Positions 9,252-17,673 of a DNA stretch of 64,000 nt are shown here, one piece after another. How positions within the stretch are numbered: position 1 is the first letter of the stretch; each line of letters starts with the position of its first letter. A program made the position numbers and the translations under genes. The stretch comes from a bacterium (GTDB lineage: Bacteria; Patescibacteriota; Microgenomatia; Curtissbacterales; GWA2-41-24), in the NCBI GenBank assembly GCA_021813945.1, contig JAKAJD010000001.1, forward strand, positions 496,412 to 560,411, written 5' to 3'. A model generated the notes under the pieces. It did not search any database and was not told the DNA's origin. It worked only from the letters and a program-made list of their open reading frames with translations.

Positions 9252-9819
9252 AAACCTTAAGCAAATCCTAAAATTCGTCGAAGAAGCAGAAAAGCTAAAA
9301 TCTTTGATGCGCCATTCGTGGCTTTCAACCGGCCGCCGCGAAAGCGTTGCCGAGCATTCCTGGCGCGCCGCGCTTTTTGCAATTGCCTTATGGGGCGAAA
9401 TAGGAAAAAAAGTCGACGTGGGAAAAGTTGTGATGCTATTAACAGTCCACGACATTGCCGAAATTTACGCAGGAGATCCCTGGGCCTGGAAAGGAAAACC
9501 TAAAGATAAAAAGCAAAAAGAGCAAAAAGCCATCAAAAAACTCGTAAAACTTCTGCCTGCAAAACAGGCAAAACTCATCTCTTCTCTTTGGAAAGAATAC
9601 GAAGACAGAAAAACTGAAGAAGCTAAATTCGCAAAAGCAATCGATAAACTGGAAACCCTAAACCAGCATAATCTTGCAGACCTCAAAACCTGGACAAAAG
9701 AGGAGTATGCCTATAACCTTGTCCACGGCACCGAAGAAGTTAAATTTTCCAAAACGCTTTCTCAGCTAAAAGTCCTAATCGACAAACAAACCCGCGCAAA
9801 AATCGCCAAAAAACTGTAA
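9232..9819 (+). CDS. HD-domain phosphohydrolase (YfbR-like 5'-deoxynucleotidase family)
   Basis: HD motif context ESVAEHSWRAALFA...LLTVHDIAEIYAGD, typical of YfbR/HDDC2. Confidence 0.7.
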   Translation: MAPKSDKNLKQILKFVEEAEKLKSLMRHSWLSTGRRESVAEHSWRAALFAIALWGEIGKKVDVGKVVMLLTVHDIAEIYAGDPWAWKGKPKDKKQKEQKAIKKLVKLLPAKQAKLISSLWKEYEDRKTEEAKFAKAIDKLETLNQHNLADLKTWTKEEYAYNLVHGTEEVKFSKTLSQLKVLIDKQTRAKIAKKL

Positions 9820-9828
9820 AATCAAAAA

Positions 9829-10068
9829 ATGCACTGGCAAGACTGGGTTTTTTCTATCGGAAACTGGATCTTTAGCATTGCCCTCATTCCTGCAATATTA
9901 GACAAAGAAAAACCTCCTGTTTCAACAAGCCTAATGAACACAATTGTCTTATTTGTCATGTCGTTTACTTTCTCAACCCTATCACTTTGGTTAAGTGCTT
10001 TTTCGATAGGAATTAACGGAATATTGTGGTTAATCCTCGCAATTCAAAGGTCCAGACAACAGAAATGA
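9829..10068 (+). CDS. small membrane protein, hypothetical
   Basis: 79 aa with two predicted hydrophobic helices; overlaps the next gene start. Confidence 0.35.
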   Translation: MHWQDWVFSIGNWIFSIALIPAILDKEKPPVSTSLMNTIVLFVMSFTFSTLSLWLSAFSIGINGILWLILAIQRSRQQK

Positions 10069-10745
10069 TCAAGCTCGTTGCATTCGACTGGAACGGCACT
10101 TTAATTGCCGACTCAAAAGCAATCGTAGACAGTTGCAATATAGAACTAAAAGAAGTTTATAAAGCAGGGCCCATAACCCTCAAGACCTATCGAGAAGTCT
10201 TCGATATACCGATAAATCAATTTCTTGCCAACCTTGGTATATCCCCACAGTTAGTAGCGGAAAGATCTAAAGAAGCGGCTGATGTGTTTCATAAGGTTTA
10301 CGAAAAGAAAGTACAACGATGCCGAACCAGAAAAAACGTTAAGAAAATTCTTAAATGGCTCCAAGAAAATAAGATAAAGTCGGTAATTGTCAGCAATCAC
10401 GACCAGAATCGGATAAAAGAGCAAGCTAAACGTTTAAAGATTGACAGCTTCATAAATCAAATTTGCGGAAACGATCATATCTATGCCCCATTCACCATAA
10501 AAGGCAAAGAAAAAAGGCTGATTGATTATCTCAAGAAGAACAAAATTGAATCTGACGAAGTCCTATTAATTGGTGATGCAAAGGAGGATATAGAAATAGG
10601 AAAAGACATGGGCGCAACCACAATCGCTCTATTAAATGGCCAGTGTTCCACCCAACGTCTTAAAGCCGCCCGTCCAGACTATTTAATCAATAATTTAGAA
10701 GAATTCATTGGAATTATTAAGAAGTTAAACGCGCCTCTCTCCTAA
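10065..10745 (+). CDS. HAD-superfamily hydrolase (phosphatase)
   Basis: HAD motif I VAFDWNGTL; motif III/IV LLIGDAKEDIEIGKDMG. Start taken at ATG 10065; the listed ORF begins at GTG 10026. Confidence 0.7.
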   Translation: MIKLVAFDWNGTLIADSKAIVDSCNIELKEVYKAGPITLKTYREVFDIPINQFLANLGISPQLVAERSKEAADVFHKVYEKKVQRCRTRKNVKKILKWLQENKIKSVIVSNHDQNRIKEQAKRLKIDSFINQICGNDHIYAPFTIKGKEKRLIDYLKKNKIESDEVLLIGDAKEDIEIGKDMGATTIALLNGQCSTQRLKAARPDYLINNLEEFIGIIKKLNAPLS

Positions 10746-11039
10746 ACTTACGTGGCTAAATTCTACTGTCCGACCCCAACTTTTACGTACCCTAATATCA
10801 GCTGCATTAATCTGGGATCCAAAGTGACGCTTGGAGCTACCCTGGCCGCCAATTCTCCTTTCCCTGTCACATAGAACATTAGTCGATTCTACAGTAACAA
10901 CTCTGTCCCCTAGCTCGCGCTCCGCTAAAATCTCCTCATACCCAGGTTCCAAAATTGTACTTATCTTTAAAGGGCCTAGCCTCAACGTTCTTCTAACTGG
11001 CACGGAAAAATTATACTTTGCAAATTTGAAAACAGTCAA
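10725..11039 (-). CDS. hypothetical protein (doubtful)
   Basis: 104-aa ORF in the gap between convergent genes. No family recognised; a competing plus-strand ORF at 10831-11076 makes this uncertain. Confidence 0.2.
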   Translation of the reverse strand: MTVFKFAKYNFSVPVRRTLRLGPLKISTILEPGYEEILAERELGDRVVTVESTNVLCDRERRIGGQGSSKRHFGSQINAADIRVRKSWGRTVEFSHVSLGERRV

Positions 11040-11052
11040 TTCCAGAAGAAAA

Positions 11053-12486
11053 CTAAGCCGCGATCTGGTCGCTTGAAGGTTCCTCGTCGGCTTCAGTCAA
11101 AATAACTTCTCCAGTTTTTTTAGACCGCAAAACAAAATAATAACCGCTATTGTCACCGGTTCTGTCAAATTCGTCTCTGGCTCTTTTAAAGGTTGCAATT
11201 ACCTCTTCGTCCGCACCGTACTCACTAGCCGGTTCTTTTTGGTCGGCCATCAGAAAATTATGGGAAGCCTCGTGACGAATTCGCACCCCTGGCCAATCTG
11301 GATCTAGAATATATGTGTCCTGCGCTTCATTTATATAACTTCTTCTGCCAATATCATTAGGGCCTGGAAGAGCCTGGAGGTCAGACAAAGCAACATCACT
11401 ACCCTCTGCTCGATTTACAAAATTATCAACAACAGTCTCGCCTTTTTTGTCAAAATAAATCCTCAAATAATCCCGACTTTTGGGAGGTTCTCCCATGGCA
11501 ACAAATATAACCGCCGGACTTGTCATATTACCTTTATCATCGTAAGTATCCTGATGATACTGGCCTAGAACAGTCTGGTGGTCTTTGCTTTTAAGTTGCG
11601 CAGAACGAATGCTGACATCTAAAAGCTCTTTGGCACTCATAAGATGCTGGGTATGATATATAAATGTTTTTAAATCCAAAATAGAAAGATAGTATTCTTC
11701 GGAACCGTAATCTTTTAACGATTTGCGGTTAAGATCAATCTCAGAGTTGTATCCTTTTACCATCTTTTCCCTCAAACCTTCTACGTCAACATCTTCATAT
11801 GGCGCAGCAAGTTCCCTAACAGAATTAAACTTCGGATCTTTTAGGTAATGTCTGGAAACAACTTCTTCGTCGATCATCACGAAAATAAGCTTACGCTTTC
11901 CATCTTTATAACCCGATAGCAGCTCACCATCTCTAAACGCACCTTCCCGGATATGCAGCTCTGTATAATCCGACTGGATAATTTCGATCCCGCGCTTCTT
12001 AAGCTCGGCATCAGTTAAAGTATCTTTCGGTAAATACGCTTCAACGGGGTGTTTCTCAGAAAAATCGGCAGGTGTCGTAGTGATATTTAAATGCTCAACA
12101 TCCACTCGAAACATCTTAAAGACTTCCTCTTCACCATTTATTCGTGCCAGATCTCTGGCTTTTCTTGCCTCATCCACATTGAAATTTACAATAACTCCAT
12201 CCTGGCCTAGGTAAGCTTCGGGTAAACCTTCTGAATTCAGATAGACCTGCGCTCCGTCTAGATCTATAACTCTTTCTTTGGAGGGTTTAATATCAACAGG
12301 TGTTGGAAGCTCAACAGGCAACGTAGCACTTGGAACAGCTTTATCCCTTCCAAGAGCAATTCCACCACACGCCGAACTGGCCGCAGCTAGTGCACCAAGT
12401 CTTCCGATAGAGCCTAAAAAAGCCCGCCTGGAAACAGTTTTTCCTAAAAAATTAGAACCGACCTGCGGTTCATTTTCTTTTTGCAT
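11053..12486 (-). CDS. secreted/lipoprotein-like protein with a twin-arginine (Tat-like) signal and an HExxH zinc-metalloprotease-like motif
   Basis: N-terminal SRRAFLGSIGRLGALAAASSAC (RR motif plus possible lipobox Cys); RIRHEASHNF contains HEASH (HExxH). Confidence 0.5.
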   Translation of the reverse strand: MQKENEPQVGSNFLGKTVSRRAFLGSIGRLGALAAASSACGGIALGRDKAVPSATLPVELPTPVDIKPSKERVIDLDGAQVYLNSEGLPEAYLGQDGVIVNFNVDEARKARDLARINGEEEVFKMFRVDVEHLNITTTPADFSEKHPVEAYLPKDTLTDAELKKRGIEIIQSDYTELHIREGAFRDGELLSGYKDGKRKLIFVMIDEEVVSRHYLKDPKFNSVRELAAPYEDVDVEGLREKMVKGYNSEIDLNRKSLKDYGSEEYYLSILDLKTFIYHTQHLMSAKELLDVSIRSAQLKSKDHQTVLGQYHQDTYDDKGNMTSPAVIFVAMGEPPKSRDYLRIYFDKKGETVVDNFVNRAEGSDVALSDLQALPGPNDIGRRSYINEAQDTYILDPDWPGVRIRHEASHNFLMADQKEPASEYGADEEVIATFKRARDEFDRTGDNSGYYFVLRSKKTGEVILTEADEEPSSDQIAA

Positions 12487-12590
12487 ATTTACCGGAAAAT
12501 TATACCAAACCCAATCTACAGTGTCAAACTATAGGACATGATAATTCCTTTTGATACTTTTGATACCCTTGATACGTTTGATACATTTTT

Positions 12591-13673
12591 TTACACTCCC
12601 CAAATCCCGCTCCCGTAATTTTTAACAAAACCCGTAAGTTCCATCAAAGATAGTGCTGCAGATACTTTTTCTATCGGCAATTTAACTTCCTTGGCAATTG
12701 CATCAACGTGCTTCGTTCCCCCATCCAAAACCGCCAATATCCTCGCCTGATCCTTGTCTTTTGGCTTTTGGTTCCTGGTCTCTGGTAACTGGTCTCTTTT
12801 CCTGCTAATGTCCAGTACCTCCAAAATGTCATCAGCAACTGTCGCCACATGCACCCCGTCTTTTATCAGATTATTCGTACCCTCAGAAGTCTTGGAAGTC
12901 ACCGGCCCGGGCACTGCAAACACTTCCCTGCCTTGCTCTGCCGCATAACCTGCGGTAATCAAAGACCCACTGTCAACCGCAGCTTCCGTAACCAAAACGC
13001 CAAGTGATAAACCGGAAATGATGCGGTTTCTGGCTGTAAAATTGTTCGGCAAGGCAGGGAACCCAAGCGGAAATTCGGAAATCAACGCCCCATTTTTTAC
13101 AATTTCTTCGGCAAGTTTCCTATTTTCCGGCGGATAAATACTATCAATACCCGATCCTAAAACCGCAATCGTCCGGCCGCCGCTATCAAGTGCCATTCTA
13201 TGGGCAACCGCATCTATTCCCCGCGCAAGACCACTAACTATCGTCAGCCCATTCTTTGCCAGGTCAAACACTAACCTTTCCGTTATCTGCCTGCCGTAGA
13301 TCGTCGCGTTGCGGCTACCAACAACCGCAACCGCTAAATCATCCGCAGGCAGTAAATTCCCGCGGAAATACAAAACCGCCGGGCATGCTTCCAGTTGCCG
13401 CAAATTCGCAGGATACTCCCTGTCTATTTTGGCAACGACTTTAATGCCCATTGCGTAAACCTTCTCCAGATAAATTTTCGGGTCAACTTTGTTGCGGAAA
13501 TCAATTATCGACGCCTTAGTTTTAACATCAATCTTAAGCGTTTGAATTTCACTATCCGCCGCCTCCCAAAATTTTTTTAACGATTTGAATTTTTTATGAA
13601 GATAAGAAAAAGTCTGCGACCCAACTCCCGGAATCGCCGAAGTCGCCACCCAATAAGCCAACTCACGGTTCAT
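12591..13673 (-). CDS. dprA: DNA processing protein DprA (Smf)
   Basis: Rossmann-fold DprA core VAVVGSRNATIYGRQITERLVFDLAKNGLTIVSGLARGIDAVAHRMAL...TIAVLGSGID.IYP.EN. Confidence 0.88.
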   Translation of the reverse strand: MNRELAYWVATSAIPGVGSQTFSYLHKKFKSLKKFWEAADSEIQTLKIDVKTKASIIDFRNKVDPKIYLEKVYAMGIKVVAKIDREYPANLRQLEACPAVLYFRGNLLPADDLAVAVVGSRNATIYGRQITERLVFDLAKNGLTIVSGLARGIDAVAHRMALDSGGRTIAVLGSGIDSIYPPENRKLAEEIVKNGALISEFPLGFPALPNNFTARNRIISGLSLGVLVTEAAVDSGSLITAGYAAEQGREVFAVPGPVTSKTSEGTNNLIKDGVHVATVADDILEVLDISRKRDQLPETRNQKPKDKDQARILAVLDGGTKHVDAIAKEVKLPIEKVSAALSLMELTGFVKNYGSGIWGV

Positions 13674-13711
13674 ATCCTAATGATATAATAAACACAATCT
13701 GCCCATAACAA

Positions 13712-14368
13712 ATGGCAGGCCTCGCAGAATTCTTCTACAACATTATCCCCGGTGCTCTTTTCCAAATTGCGCTGGTAATAACCTTTTTCTATACAAAAAC
13801 ACAAAATATAGACTTTTCAAGGATTGAAAATGGCACAGCTGCCATAATAATCGCTTTATTCGTAATTACGTCACTATTTTTAGGCTTCAGCTTTCAAATG
13901 ATAAATAGCTTAGTACCCTGGTTAAACAAAATAAAAACCATAAAAGAAAACGAGAGAAAAAATAAAGAAAATTATGAAAAAGCCCGTAAAATTGTAAAAA
14001 GTCTCGGTGCTAATATTAAAAGTGACGAAGATGATAATGAATTCGAGTGGCTTTTACAGTTACATCACTTCATGGACGATTACCTCAGATTCAAGAATAC
14101 AAGCGATCTTCACAAATTTTTTCATTTTAGAATATCTCTCTGGGCCAACATAACATCAGCAAGCGCTCTTTACGCTTACATAGTACTCATTTTACTGACA
14201 GCGAATGTAATACTTGGAAAACAAAATATCTACTGCTTCCTTTTCCTGATAAGCGCAATAGTCGCAACAGCTTCATACCATGCAACTAAAAAGAGCCAAG
14301 AAATATTTTGTGATTTTGTTCTAAAAACTTTCCTAATGGCTACAAGCGAAAAACTTAAGCCTCATTAA
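13712..14368 (+). CDS. hypothetical polytopic membrane protein
   Basis: Several hydrophobic segments; no family recognised. Confidence 0.4.
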   Translation: MAGLAEFFYNIIPGALFQIALVITFFYTKTQNIDFSRIENGTAAIIIALFVITSLFLGFSFQMINSLVPWLNKIKTIKENERKNKENYEKARKIVKSLGANIKSDEDDNEFEWLLQLHHFMDDYLRFKNTSDLHKFFHFRISLWANITSASALYAYIVLILLTANVILGKQNIYCFLFLISAIVATASYHATKKSQEIFCDFVLKTFLMATSEKLKPH

Positions 14369-14380
14369 TAGCGTGATTTT

Positions 14381-14881
14381 TTAATTTCCCCGCTTCTCTT
14401 CTTCGCGTTGTTTTTTTAATTCTATTGCGGTTTGCATAATTTCCCCTAACTGCCTTGTTGCTTCAAGCCTAAGCCTTAAGGCAAGCAGTGGTGACTTAAC
14501 CGGGGTAAACCGTGTACTAAATTGCTGATAATCTAGCCGACTCCTATTGAGTCCGGATCTCTGCCTCTGTGTTGTGTAAATCCCCCTTCTTTCGGCTGTA
14601 ACTATCGCAAAAGTTCCGTCATCGTGGGGAATAAGAAGCCCGTGACCTGTCTTCGGCACCTGACCCAAATCCAGCGCTTCAACTGGAGTGGTTTTTGCTT
14701 TTCTGGACCCTAATTGACCCGGATCTACAAAATGCTCTTTTGGAATACAGCCCATTTCCCTTGCTTCGGCTAACATCAGAACAAGCAATTTATCTGCTCT
14801 TGTAACTTGCTCAGCAACGCCCTTCCAAATCTTTGATCTTTCCGATTCAAATTGTCTCAATCTCTGTTCCGCTCGCTCCAT
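14381..14881 (-). CDS. hypothetical protein
   Basis: 166-aa ORF in a GC-richer block; no family recognised. Confidence 0.4.
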   Translation of the reverse strand: MERAEQRLRQFESERSKIWKGVAEQVTRADKLLVLMLAEAREMGCIPKEHFVDPGQLGSRKAKTTPVEALDLGQVPKTGHGLLIPHDDGTFAIVTAERRGIYTTQRQRSGLNRSRLDYQQFSTRFTPVKSPLLALRLRLEATRQLGEIMQTAIELKKQREEEKRGN

Positions 14882-14896
14882 AAAAACGTTTTGAAA

Positions 14897-15214
14897 TTAA
14901 AGTCTCTCTTCAATTCTTTCAGAAACAGAAGTACCGTGGATTGCATCATATGCCCTGGCTGCCTCAAGTGCATCCATAACCGTACCCTGCCTGCTATAAA
15001 CAATAAGACCGAAAACAGCATCAGCCTCACTTTTTACCCTTCCTTCAATATTCATTGCATCACACTCTTGGGAGATTGCAGTCGCAACAGCTTCTGGTGT
15101 TGGGACTGCCACGGCACCTAAAGCGTATAGATGTCCGGCAAAATCTTCTAAACCTTCTCGAAGCGCTCTTTCTGACATGGGAAAAAATATATTCTTATTG
15201 TGGATTTTTGTCAA
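14897..15214 (-). CDS. hypothetical protein, paralogue of the C-terminal part of the next gene
   Basis: DALEAARAYDAIHGTSVSERIEERL aligns with NAMTAARLYDAINDTSILPIVTERV of ORF 15229-15954. Confidence 0.45.
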   Translation of the reverse strand: MTKIHNKNIFFPMSERALREGLEDFAGHLYALGAVAVPTPEAVATAISQECDAMNIEGRVKSEADAVFGLIVYSRQGTVMDALEAARAYDAIHGTSVSERIEERL

Positions 15215-15228
15215 ACAATCTTTGCATT

Positions 15229-15954
15229 TTAAGCTACCTTTTTTCTACTGCTAGCATTACGCTTGCTAATCGTTCGAAGCCTCGAAATTTCCTTAAGAAA
15301 AAAGTCCCGTAATGCAATGCAACGACTTTTTGCATGAACTCTTTCCGTGACTATTGGCAAAATAGAAGTATCATTTATGGCATCGTACAGTCTGGCTGCA
15401 GTCATTGCGTTTACTAACATACCTTTTGGGTTATTTACAATAAGGCTTGCAGCAGCATCTTCCCGCGAATAATTATCATCCAATTTCATAACGCGCAACT
15501 GGTCACTTACCGCAGCCTCTACCGCATCCATTGACTGGTCTTGGATAATTCCCATATCACTAAAGGTCGAAGCAAGGCGGCTCCCCGTTGCTCTCAAGTC
15601 AAAAAGTTTGTCTAGGGCTGAGTCTGCAAAATCGTACATCATGTTCCAGGCAGGACCGCCACCTTTTTTATCTGCGCTTTCACGAACAGCTTTGAGCAAT
15701 TCTCTTCTCTGTTCATCATTATTTCCTCCATCTAAAGGCTCAATACAGTCTACGTAGGGCATCTCTATAGATTTATTTATTATTCTTTCTGCACCGCCGC
15801 GCTTATATTCCAGCAAATCCACAGTTGCTAAAACGGAAACGACCATTTTGACGTAAGCCTCTCTCCTTAGTTCGTATACCGTTTTACCCGTGGAAGGCTT
15901 AGTGGTCTCTGTAGCATCAGTTTGAGCCACAGGGCTTGAATCAAACTCAATCAT
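15229..15954 (-). CDS. hypothetical protein; tandem paralogue of 14897-15214
   Basis: Shared C-terminal domain with the adjacent small ORF; no family recognised. Confidence 0.45.
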   Translation of the reverse strand: MIEFDSSPVAQTDATETTKPSTGKTVYELRREAYVKMVVSVLATVDLLEYKRGGAERIINKSIEMPYVDCIEPLDGGNNDEQRRELLKAVRESADKKGGGPAWNMMYDFADSALDKLFDLRATGSRLASTFSDMGIIQDQSMDAVEAAVSDQLRVMKLDDNYSREDAAASLIVNNPKGMLVNAMTAARLYDAINDTSILPIVTERVHAKSRCIALRDFFLKEISRLRTISKRNASSRKKVA

Positions 15955-15977
15955 AACTGGGATTTATACAATAAAGC

Positions 15978-16538
15978 TCAAACTTTTTCAAACATTTCCG
16001 CTTCGAGCTTCGCCCGGCCGGCAATAAACTTGGCGGCAAGCTTTGCCTGCTCGCGGCGAAATGCTAGAGATGTCATAAGAGCGTTTTTGTTAAGTTCTAA
16101 AACCAGCTTTTCCAGGCTTTGGGCGTCAAATGCCAAAGCCACGCTTTTGTAGTTTTTAACTGCAGCGCGAATTAAAGCCTGCCCGCCGATGTCCATAGAT
16201 TCCGGAAAAGTTTCGGCATTTGGGGCATATAAATCGACAACCACAAGGTCAAACGGTTCCAGGTTTTCGCTTTTTAACTGGGTCGAATGGTCCGCATTTT
16301 CCCTATCTGCCAAAATTCGCACAAAATTTGCCCGGTCTAAACTTTTAACTCGCCCGCTGTAGTCAAAACCGCGCAAAACCGATTCGGCCTTAAAGCCTTT
16401 TTCGCGAACATAATTGGCGGTTCCTTCGGTTCCCCAAAACTTTGTCCTTTGCTTGTCCAAAACTCCCAAAAGACCATCGAGAATACTTTTTTCAAAAACC
16501 GCCGCAAAAACGTTATTTACCTCAATTAAACCTTCCAT
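15978..16538 (-). CDS. stand-alone MGS-like / IMP cyclohydrolase-like domain protein (PurH N-domain homologue, possibly degenerate)
   Basis: Aligns with the PurH N-domain: GRVKSLDRANFVRILADR vs GRVKTLHPKVHGGILGRR; FDLVVVDLYAP vs IDMVVVNLYPF; SMDIGGQALIRAAVKNYKSVALA vs [23 protein letters not shown]. The SVSDK and HPK motifs are altered. Confidence 0.65.
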   Translation of the reverse strand: MEGLIEVNNVFAAVFEKSILDGLLGVLDKQRTKFWGTEGTANYVREKGFKAESVLRGFDYSGRVKSLDRANFVRILADRENADHSTQLKSENLEPFDLVVVDLYAPNAETFPESMDIGGQALIRAAVKNYKSVALAFDAQSLEKLVLELNKNALMTSLAFRREQAKLAAKFIAGRAKLEAEMFEKV

Positions 16539-16658
16539 GAAATTTTTAGTTTTTAATTTTCAATTTTTAAAGAAATCTTAATTTCTTAATTTTAAAACAT
16601 TTTGACATTATTAAATTTATTTCAAATTGAAAATTTCGAATTTCAAATTTCTCTTACT

Positions 16659-17627
16659 TTAGTGCTTAAAGTGCCTCACTCCCGTAAACACCATTGTTAT
16701 ACCATGCTTTTTTGAAGCGGCAATAACTGCTTCGTCATTTATAGACCCGCCCGGCTGGATAATTGCCGAAATTCCGGCTTTAGCTGCTAGTTCCACATTG
16801 TCCGGAAACGGAAAAAACGCATCGCTTGCCATAACTGCCCCTGCAGTTTTGTCCTTGGTAACTGACCAGTTTCTGCCCTCCGGCTTCCTGCCTTGTGCTT
16901 GGTGAAGGGCAAGCATTGTTGAATTAACCCTGTTCGGCTGTCCGGTGCCCATTCCAAGCATATTTTCGCCCCGGGCCAAAACTATTGCGTTGCTTTTGAC
17001 ATGCTTTACAACTTTCCAGGCAAATTCCAAATCTGCTTCAGTCTTTTTGTCTGGTGATTTCCCGCAAACGACTTTCCAAGTTTTTGGTGATTCGTCAATT
17101 TCATCTGCAGTCTGGACCAGATAACCGCCAAAAGCACGCGTAAATTCCAAAAGTTTTGCAGGCTTGTCGGCTTTGACAACACGCATTTTGGCGCTTCGCT
17201 TTTTTAATCTTTCCAAAATCGGTTCCGAAAATTTTGGCGCTACCATTAGTTCAAAAAATTTGCCCTTCATGGCCTCGATCATGTCCAAAGTTGGCTCACA
17301 ATTTAGGGCAACGATTCCTCCAAATGCGCTGACCGGATCCGCAGCAAAAGCAGTATTAAAAGCACGGGTTAAATCCTCGTCCGAGGTAATTCCGCTGGGA
17401 TTTGCGTGTTTAATGATAGCTACAGTCGGGCGAGTAAATTCCAAAACGAGTTTCCAGGCCTGGTTGGCATCACCGATATTGTTATGCGAAAGCTCAATTC
17501 CCCAAAGCTGCTCAAAACCCGGCTTCCCGTCACCTAGGTAAAACGCGCTTCTCTGGTGGGGGTTTTCACCATATCGTAAATCCTTGAGTTTCTTGAGGTT
17601 TATTTTTAGGTCTTTTGATAACTGCAT
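16659..17627 (-). CDS. purH: AICAR transformylase domain protein (PurH C-domain as a separate gene)
   Basis: LRYGENPHQRSAFY, KHANPSGI, SAFGGIVALN, SDAFFPF, IQPGGSINDEAVIAA and GITMVFTGVRHFKH are all canonical AICARFT motifs. Confidence 0.85.
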   Translation of the reverse strand: MQLSKDLKINLKKLKDLRYGENPHQRSAFYLGDGKPGFEQLWGIELSHNNIGDANQAWKLVLEFTRPTVAIIKHANPSGITSDEDLTRAFNTAFAADPVSAFGGIVALNCEPTLDMIEAMKGKFFELMVAPKFSEPILERLKKRSAKMRVVKADKPAKLLEFTRAFGGYLVQTADEIDESPKTWKVVCGKSPDKKTEADLEFAWKVVKHVKSNAIVLARGENMLGMGTGQPNRVNSTMLALHQAQGRKPEGRNWSVTKDKTAGAVMASDAFFPFPDNVELAAKAGISAIIQPGGSINDEAVIAASKKHGITMVFTGVRHFKH

Positions 17628-17673
17628 TAAAGTTTTGAATTTTTACTTTAACTTTTGCGTTTTGATTTTTGAC

